Source of the DNA: Bacteroidales bacterium
GTDB lineage: Bacteria > Bacteroidota > Bacteroidia > Bacteroidales > Bacteroidaceae
Assembly: GCA_004558535.1 (NCBI GenBank)
Contig: SFCP01000005.1
Coordinates: forward strand, 11,429 to 75,428
Direction of reading: 5' to 3'
DNA length: 64,000 nt
Shown: positions 58,508 through 64,000 of the stretch, piece by piece
Position numbering within the stretch: position 1 is the stretch's first letter
Layout of the letters: each line of letters opens with the position of its first letter
Position numbers and translations under genes: made by a program
The notes under the pieces: model-generated
What the model saw: only the letters and a program-made list of their open reading frames with translations
Told to the model about the DNA's origin: nothing
The model's database searches: none

Positions 58508-59642
58508 ATGGCTAAAGAAAAATTCGAGCGTACTAAACCGCACGTGAACATCGGTACGATTGGTCACGTGGACCATGGTAAGACTACGCTGACGGCAGCT
58601 ATCTCCAAGGTGCTCCATGAGAAGCTCGGTACGGGCGAAGAAGTTAAGTCTTTCGATCAGATTGACAACGCTCCCGAGGAGAAGGAACGTGGTATCACTA
58701 TCAACACTGCCCACATCGAGTACGAAACCAACAAGCGTCACTACGCTCACGTGGACTGCCCGGGACACGCCGACTATGTGAAGAACATGGTAACTGGTGC
58801 TGCTCAGATGGACGGTGCTATTATCGTAGTAGCTGCTACCGATGGTCCGATGCCCCAGACCCGTGAGCACATCCTGCTCGCCCGTCAGGTGAACGTACCC
58901 CGTCTGGTAGTGTTCCTCAACAAGTGCGACATGGTCGAGGATGAGGAAATGCTCGAACTCGTAGAAATGGAAATGCGCGAACTGCTTGAGCAGTATGAAT
59001 TCGAGGAGGATACCCCCATCATCCGTGGTTCCGCTCTCGGTGCCCTCAACGGCGTTGCTCAGTGGGAAGATAGCGTAATGAAGCTCATGGACGCTGTAGA
59101 CGAGTGGATTCAGGAGCCCGTACGCGACAAGGATAAGCCTTTCTTGATGCCCGTCGAGGACGTGTTCTCGATTACTGGTCGTGGTACTGTTGCTACCGGC
59201 CGTGTTGAAACCGGTGTCGTTAAGGTCCGGTGTGGAAATGTTCCGCAAGCTGCTTGATCAGGGTGAAGCCGGTGATAACGTAGGTCTGCTCCTCCGTGGT
59301 ATCGACAAGAACGAAGTTCGCCGTGGTATGGTAATTACCCACCCGGGTGTTATCAAGCCTCACAAGAAGTTCAAGGCTTCCATCTACGTACTGAAGAAGG
59401 AAGAAGGTGGTCGTCACACTCCGTTCGGCAACAAGTATCGTCCCCAGTTCTACCTCCGTACCATGGACTGCACGGGTGAAATTCACCTGCCCGAGGGAAC
59501 TGAGATGGTAATGCCCGGCGACAACGTGGAAATCAGCGTAGAACTGATTTACGCAGTAGCCCTCAACGTAGGTCTTCGCTTCGCTATCCGCGAAGGTGGC
59601 CGCACCGTTGGTTCGGGTCAGATTACCGAGATCATTGAATAA
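58508..59642 (+). CDS. tuf: Elongation factor Tu; apparent frameshift from a deletion of about 53 bp at 59226-59228 (probable assembly error)
   Basis: [14 protein letters not shown] and NKCD in the first frame; [19 protein letters not shown]...[11 protein letters not shown] in the second; about 18 residues are missing between VKV and GVEMF. Confidence 0.95.
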
Positions 59643-59675
59643 TACAGCTCGACTGTAAGATTTGACCTCATACTT

Positions 59676-59706
59676 AAAGGCCCTCGCTTCGAGGCAGGGC
59701 CTTTTT
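59676..59706 (+). terminator. Intrinsic terminator after tuf
   Basis: AAAGGCCCT...AGGGCCTTTTT with a TTCG-containing loop region. Confidence 0.75.
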
Positions 59707-59708
59707 CT

Positions 59709-59781
59709 ACGGGAATAGCTCAGTTGGTAGAGCACTGGTCTCCAAAACCAGGTGTCGGGAGTTCGAGCCTCTCTTCCCGTG
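59709..59781 (+). tRNA. tRNA-Trp (CCA)
   Basis: Acceptor stem ACGGGAA/TTCCCGT, anticodon loop CTCCAAA; lies between tuf and secE. Confidence 0.97.
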
Positions 59782-59797
59782 CTAAAAAATCAAACGT

Positions 59798-59992
59798 ATG
59801 TTGAAAAAATTCATCACATATTGTAAGGAATCATACGAAGAACTGGCTAACAAAACCACATGGCCGAACCGTAAGGAGCTTACACATACTGCGATAGTCG
59901 TATTAGTTGCTTCCATTATTATCGCTGTTATCGTGTTTGCTGAGGACTCAGTGTTCAAGTTCGTCATGGAAAGCGTTTATCCTAAAGCATAA
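59798..59992 (+). CDS. secE: Preprotein translocase subunit SecE
   Basis: ESYEEL..KTTWP...EL, one TM helix; directly before nusG. Confidence 0.95.
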   Translation: MLKKFITYCKESYEELANKTTWPNRKELTHTAIVVLVASIIIAVIVFAEDSVFKFVMESVYPKA

Positions 59993-59998
59993 GAGACA

Positions 59999-60538
59999 AT
60001 GGCAGTTGAGATGTCTTGGTATGTGCTGAGAGCCGTAAGCGGCAAGGAGGCAAAAGTCAAGGAATACATTGATGCAGAAATCAAGAACGGACGCCTGGGG
60101 GGACATGTCTCTCAGGTGTTAATTCCTACTGAAAAAGTCGTCCAAGTACGCAATGGCAAGCGCATCGTAAAGGAAAGAAACTATCTTCCCGGCTATGTCT
60201 TGGTGGAGGCTGCATTGGTGGGCGAGACCGTCCACGAGTTGCGGAATACACCGAATGTATTGGGATTCTTGGGTGGGATGGACAATCCTACTCCGCTCCG
60301 TGAAAGTGAAGTGAACCGCATACTGGGCAAGGTAGACGAAATGCAGGACGAAGCTGTAGAAGTAGTCATCCCCTACGTGGTCGGCGAAGCTGTCAAGGTG
60401 ACCGACGGTCCGTTTAACGGCTTCTCGGGTGTCATCGAAAAGGTGGACAATGAGAAGAAGAAGGTGACGGTGACAGTGAAGGTCTTCGGGCGTAATACGG
60501 GCCTGGACCTTGGTTTTACCCAGGTCGAGAAGGAATAA
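59999..60538 (+). CDS. nusG: Transcription factor NusG
   Basis: WYVLRAVSGKE, PGYVLV, KOW motif V.DGPF.GF.G, VFGR. Confidence 0.97.
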   Translation: MAVEMSWYVLRAVSGKEAKVKEYIDAEIKNGRLGGHVSQVLIPTEKVVQVRNGKRIVKERNYLPGYVLVEAALVGETVHELRNTPNVLGFLGGMDNPTPLRESEVNRILGKVDEMQDEAVEVVIPYVVGEAVKVTDGPFNGFSGVIEKVDNEKKKVTVTVKVFGRNTGLDLGFTQVEKE

Positions 60539-60592
60539 GGTAATTGTTACGTGCCAACGTTCCTCTCATAAACATCAAAATAATCAAACAAA

Positions 60593-61030
60593 ATGGCTAA
60601 AGAAGTTGCTGGATTAATCAAATTACAGATTAAAGGTGGCGCTGCAAATCCTTCGCCTCCCGTAGGTCCCGCTCTCGGTTCCAAGGGAATCAATATCATG
60701 GATTTCTGCAAGCAGTTCAACGCCAGAACTCAGGAGAAGGCCGGAAAGGTATTGCCGGTTGTCATTACCTACTATAATGACAAATCTTTCTCTTTTATTG
60801 TCAAGACTCCGCCTGTAGCCATACAGTTGCTGGAAGCTGCCAAGAAAAAGAGTGGATCGGCTCAGCCCAACCGTACGAAGATAGCAGAAATCACTTGGGA
60901 TCAGGTGAAAGCTATCGCTGAGGACAAAATGCCCGACCTCAACTGCTTCACCATCGAAGCAGCAATGAGACTCGTGGCCGGTACTGCACGTAGCATGGGT
61001 ATCACTGTCAAGGGTGACTTTCCCGCTTAA
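60593..61030 (+). CDS. rplK: 50S ribosomal protein L11
   Basis: [29 protein letters not shown]. Confidence 0.98.
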   Translation: MAKEVAGLIKLQIKGGAANPSPPVGPALGSKGINIMDFCKQFNARTQEKAGKVLPVVITYYNDKSFSFIVKTPPVAIQLLEAAKKKSGSAQPNRTKIAEITWDQVKAIAEDKMPDLNCFTIEAAMRLVAGTARSMGITVKGDFPA

Positions 61031-61059
61031 TAATTAACTTCAATTTTAGAACTAAGACA

Positions 61060-61758
61060 ATGAGTAAACTGACAAAGAATCAGAAGCTGGTCGCCGGTAA
61101 GATTGAAGCAGGAAAGGCTTACACCTTGAAAGAAGCCGCTACTTTGGTAAAGGAAATCACTACTACCAAGTTTGATGCTTCGCTGGATATCGATGTTCGC
61201 TTGGGCGTAGACCCCCGCAAGGCCAACCAGATGGTACGTGGCGTCGTTTCCCTGCCCAATGGAACGGGTAAGGTGGTACGCGTATTGTGCCTCTGTACGC
61301 CTGATCAGGAGACTGCTGCCAAGGAAGCCGGTGCCGACTATGTAGGTCTGGACGAGTACATCGAAAAGATCAAAGGCGGTTGGACCGATGTAGACGTAAT
61401 CATCACGATGCCCGCTATCATGGGTAAGATTGGTGCACTCGGTCGAGTGCTCGGTCCCCGTGGCTTGATGCCTAACCCCAAGAGCGGTACGGTGACGATG
61501 GACGTAGCAAAAGCAGTGCGCGAAGTAAAACAAGGTAAGATCGACTTCAAGGTGGACAAGACCGGTATCGTGCACACCTCTATTGGCAAAGTATCCTTTA
61601 CCCCCGAGCAAATTATCGGCAATGCTAAGGAGTTTATCGCAACGATCAACAAACTGAAGCCTGCCGCAGCCAAGGGTACCTATATCAAGAGTGTCTATCT
61701 CTCCTCGACCATGAGCAAGGGTATCAAGATTGATCCCAAGTCATTTGACGAGAACTAA
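61060..61758 (+). CDS. rplA: 50S ribosomal protein L1
   Basis: [29 protein letters not shown]. Confidence 0.98.
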   Translation: MSKLTKNQKLVAGKIEAGKAYTLKEAATLVKEITTTKFDASLDIDVRLGVDPRKANQMVRGVVSLPNGTGKVVRVLCLCTPDQETAAKEAGADYVGLDEYIEKIKGGWTDVDVIITMPAIMGKIGALGRVLGPRGLMPNPKSGTVTMDVAKAVREVKQGKIDFKVDKTGIVHTSIGKVSFTPEQIIGNAKEFIATINKLKPAAAKGTYIKSVYLSSTMSKGIKIDPKSFDEN

Positions 61759-61777
61759 ACTAAATGAGTATTGAATC

Positions 61778-62296
61778 ATGAGAAAGGAAGATAAAGCAAT
61801 CATCATCGAGCAACTCGGTGAAAAGATAAAGGAATACGCTCACTTCTACTTGGTAGACGTAACCGGTATGAATGCCGAGGCTACCAGTAGCTTGAGAAGA
61901 AAGTGCTTCGGCGCAGAGATCAAGATGGTCGTAGTCAAGAACAACCTCCTTCACAAGGCATTCGAGGCTGCAGAAATCGACTATTCTCCGCTTTACGACA
62001 GTCTGAAGGGAAACACCGCCGTGTTCTTCACGAATGTGGCTAACGCTCCCGCCAAACTGATCAAGGAAGTTGCCAAGGACGGCATCCCCGGCTTGAAGGC
62101 AGCTTACGCTGAAGAAGGATTCTATGTGGGTGCTGAGAACTTGGATGCACTCTGCGCTATCAAGAGCAAGAACGAGGTTATCGCCGAAGTTGTTGCCTTG
62201 CTTCAATCGCCTGCCAAGAATGTACTGTCCGCTCTGCAAGGTGCCGGTCAGACTATCCATGGCGTGCTGAAAACTTTGGGCGAACGTCCCGAATAA
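61778..62296 (+). CDS. rplJ: 50S ribosomal protein L10
   Basis: LRR.C, VVKNNL, LLQSPA; lies between rplA and rplL. Confidence 0.96.
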   Translation: MRKEDKAIIIEQLGEKIKEYAHFYLVDVTGMNAEATSSLRRKCFGAEIKMVVVKNNLLHKAFEAAEIDYSPLYDSLKGNTAVFFTNVANAPAKLIKEVAKDGIPGLKAAYAEEGFYVGAENLDALCAIKSKNEVIAEVVALLQSPAKNVLSALQGAGQTIHGVLKTLGERPE

Positions 62297-62361
62297 TTAA
62301 ACTCCCACGGGTAACCGTGATCAATCAACTGATTTAAGAACAAAACAAATACATAAAAATC

Positions 62362-62739
62362 ATGGCAGACATTAAAGCTATTGCTGAAGAATTGGTAAAT
62401 TTGACAGTAAAGGAAGTAAACGAGTTGGCAACCGTCCTGAAGGAGGAGTATGGTATTGAACCCGCTGCTGCAGCTGTTGCAGTTGCTGCCGGTCCCGCAG
62501 CAGGTGGTGCTGCCGCCGCTGAGGAAAAGACCTCTTTCGACGTAGTATTGAAGAGCGCAGGTGCTGCTAAGCTCCAGGTCGTTAAGGCTGTTAAGGAAGC
62601 TTGCGGACTTGGCTTGAAGGAAGCTAAGGACCTCGTAGACGGCGCTCCCAGCAAACTGAAGGAAGGCGTTGCCAAGGAAGAAGCTGAAGCACTGAAGAAG
62701 GCTCTCGAAGAGGCTGGTGCTGAGGTAGAACTCGCCTAA
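62362..62739 (+). CDS. rplL: 50S ribosomal protein L7/L12
   Basis: Ala-rich hinge, [20 protein letters not shown]. Confidence 0.98.
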   Translation: MADIKAIAEELVNLTVKEVNELATVLKEEYGIEPAAAAVAVAAGPAAGGAAAAEEKTSFDVVLKSAGAAKLQVVKAVKEACGLGLKEAKDLVDGAPSKLKEGVAKEEAEALKKALEEAGAEVELA

Positions 62740-62763
62740 TAAAGTACACCCTGAAAAGGGCTT

Positions 62764-62801
62764 GGTTAAGAATCCTCTGGTAGAGGGTTCTTAACCTTTT
62801 T
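62764..62801 (+). terminator. Terminator/attenuator between rplL and rpoB
   Basis: GGTTAAGAATCCTCT / AGAGGGTTCTTAACC followed by TTTTT. Confidence 0.8.
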
Positions 62802-62839
62802 GTGTCTAAATATTTCATTGATAATTTTCATACCGACCA

Positions 62840-64000
62840 ATGGCTTCCAGAGTAATCAACCAACGTGTCAACTTCGCGTCCGTCAAGAACCCGATGCCTT
62901 ATCCCGACTTCTTGGACGTACAGCTAAAGTCTTTCAAGGACTTCCTGCAACTCGACACCCCCTCAGAATTGCGTAAAAACGATGGCCTGTATAAAGTTTT
63001 TGCGGAGAATTTCCCCATTGCTGATACCCGCAACAACTTTGTATTGGAATTCTTGGACTACTATATCGACCCGCCTCGTTATAGTATCAAGGAGTGTTTG
63101 GAGAGAGGACTTTCCTATAGTGTGCCCCTCAAGGCAAAGCTCAAACTTTACTGTACGGACCCCGATCACGAGGACTTCGGTACCGTCATCCAAGATGTTT
63201 TCCTCGGTCCTATTCCCTATATGACCGACAACGGCACCTTTATCATCAATGGTGCTGAGCGCGTGGTGGTATCGCAATTGCATCGTTCGCCGGGCGTATT
63301 CTTTGGTTCAAGCATTCACGCCAATGGCACGCAGTTGTACTCTGCCCGCATCATTCCGTTCAAGGGTTCTTGGATTGAGTTTGCTACAGACATCAACAAT
63401 GTCATGTACGCATACATCGACCGCAAGAAGAAATTGCCCGTGACTACTTTGCTCCGCGCAATTGGCTTTGAGACGGACAAGGAAATCCTGCAGATCTTCA
63501 ATCTCGCCGAGGAAGTTAAAGTCAACAAGACGAACCTGAAAAAAGTCATGGGCCGCAAGTTGGCTGCGAGAGTCCTGAAGAGCTGGGTCGAGGACCTCGT
63601 GGACGAAGATACCGGTGAAGTGGTATCCATCGAGCGTAACCGGATTATCCTGGACCGCGAGACTATTCTGGAACCTGAGCACATTGATCAAATCCTGGAG
63701 AGCGGTACGCAATCCATCTTGGTGCACCAGCAGGAAGCCTCGACGTCGGATTATTCGATTATCTTCAACACGCTGCAGAAGGACCCGAGTAACTCTGAAA
63801 AGGAAGCCGTCCTTTATATCTACCGTCAGCTCCGCAATGCCGACCCCGCTGATGACGCCAGTGCCCGTGAAGTTATCAACAACCTCTTCTTCTCAGAAAA
63901 GCGTTACGATTTGGGAGAAGTGGGACGCTACCGCATCAACAAGAAGCTGGGACTGTCTACGGACAACGATGTCAGAGTGTTGACACGTGAAGACATCATT
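62840..64000 (+). CDS. rpoB: RNA polymerase beta subunit; 5' part only, runs off the window
   Basis: Manual translation from ATG at 62840: [32 protein letters not shown]...[21 protein letters not shown]...[16 protein letters not shown]. Confidence 0.97.
   Translation, partial: MASRVINQRVNFASVKNPMPYPDFLDVQLKSFKDFLQLDTPSELRKNDGLYKVFAENFPIADTRNNFVLEFLDYYIDPPRYSIKECLERGLSYSVPLKAKLKLYCTDPDHEDFGTVIQDVFLGPIPYMTDNGTFIINGAERVVVSQLHRSPGVFFGSSIHANGTQLYSARIIPFKGSWIEFATDINNVMYAYIDRKKKLPVTTLLRAIGFETDKEILQIFNLAEEVKVNKTNLKKVMGRKLAARVLKSWVEDLVDEDTGEVVSIERNRIILDRETILEPEHIDQILESGTQSILVHQQEASTSDYSIIFNTLQKDPSNSEKEAVLYIYRQLRNADPADDASAREVINNLFFSEKRYDLGEVGRYRINKKLGLSTDNDVRVLTREDII

Noticed and set aside
59181..59257. 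Programmed frameshift or ribosomal bypass in tuf
   Set aside because: Coding sequence is missing rather than inserted, so recoding could not restore the absent residues.

Overview
Chromosomal window from a GC-rich Bacteroidales bacterium. Prevotellaceae-like is an inference from the TTTG-N19-21-TAnnTTTG promoters and the gene families. Most of it is housekeeping: aroA (partial), gldH, PSP1/ricT, rsgA, frr, hflX, rimP-nusA-infB-cvpA-sufB, dacB, ompH x2-bamA-uppS, a cobalamin riboswitch-nrdDG, HU, fhs, and hpf-tRNAs-tuf-secE-nusG-rplKAJL-rpoB (partial). Accessory parts are a membrane Ser/Thr kinase, two tandem acidic lipoproteins, a 1567-aa esterase-sialidase fusion, a heavy-metal-type RND pump, and an OmpA plus DUF6562-like/LRR lipoprotein cluster showing module shuffling. 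The strongest unexplained signal is non-coding. (1) A dispersed ~300-bp module occurs 4 times: conserved ATGTTAA-type motif, housekeeping promoter, variable hairpin plus T-tract (candidate ~55-nt RNA), an array of 21-bp repeats that lies in either orientation, and a second ATGTTAA-type motif. A fifth, 8-unit array has no promoter or hairpin. (2) A second dispersed family built from GGTGTATAGTT boxes with fixed spacing occurs 4 times, three of them nested around the fifth array. tuf and a GT2 gene each carry an internal frameshifting deletion of about 50 bp, most likely assembly errors. No CRISPR array, transposase, integrase or reverse transcriptase is visible.
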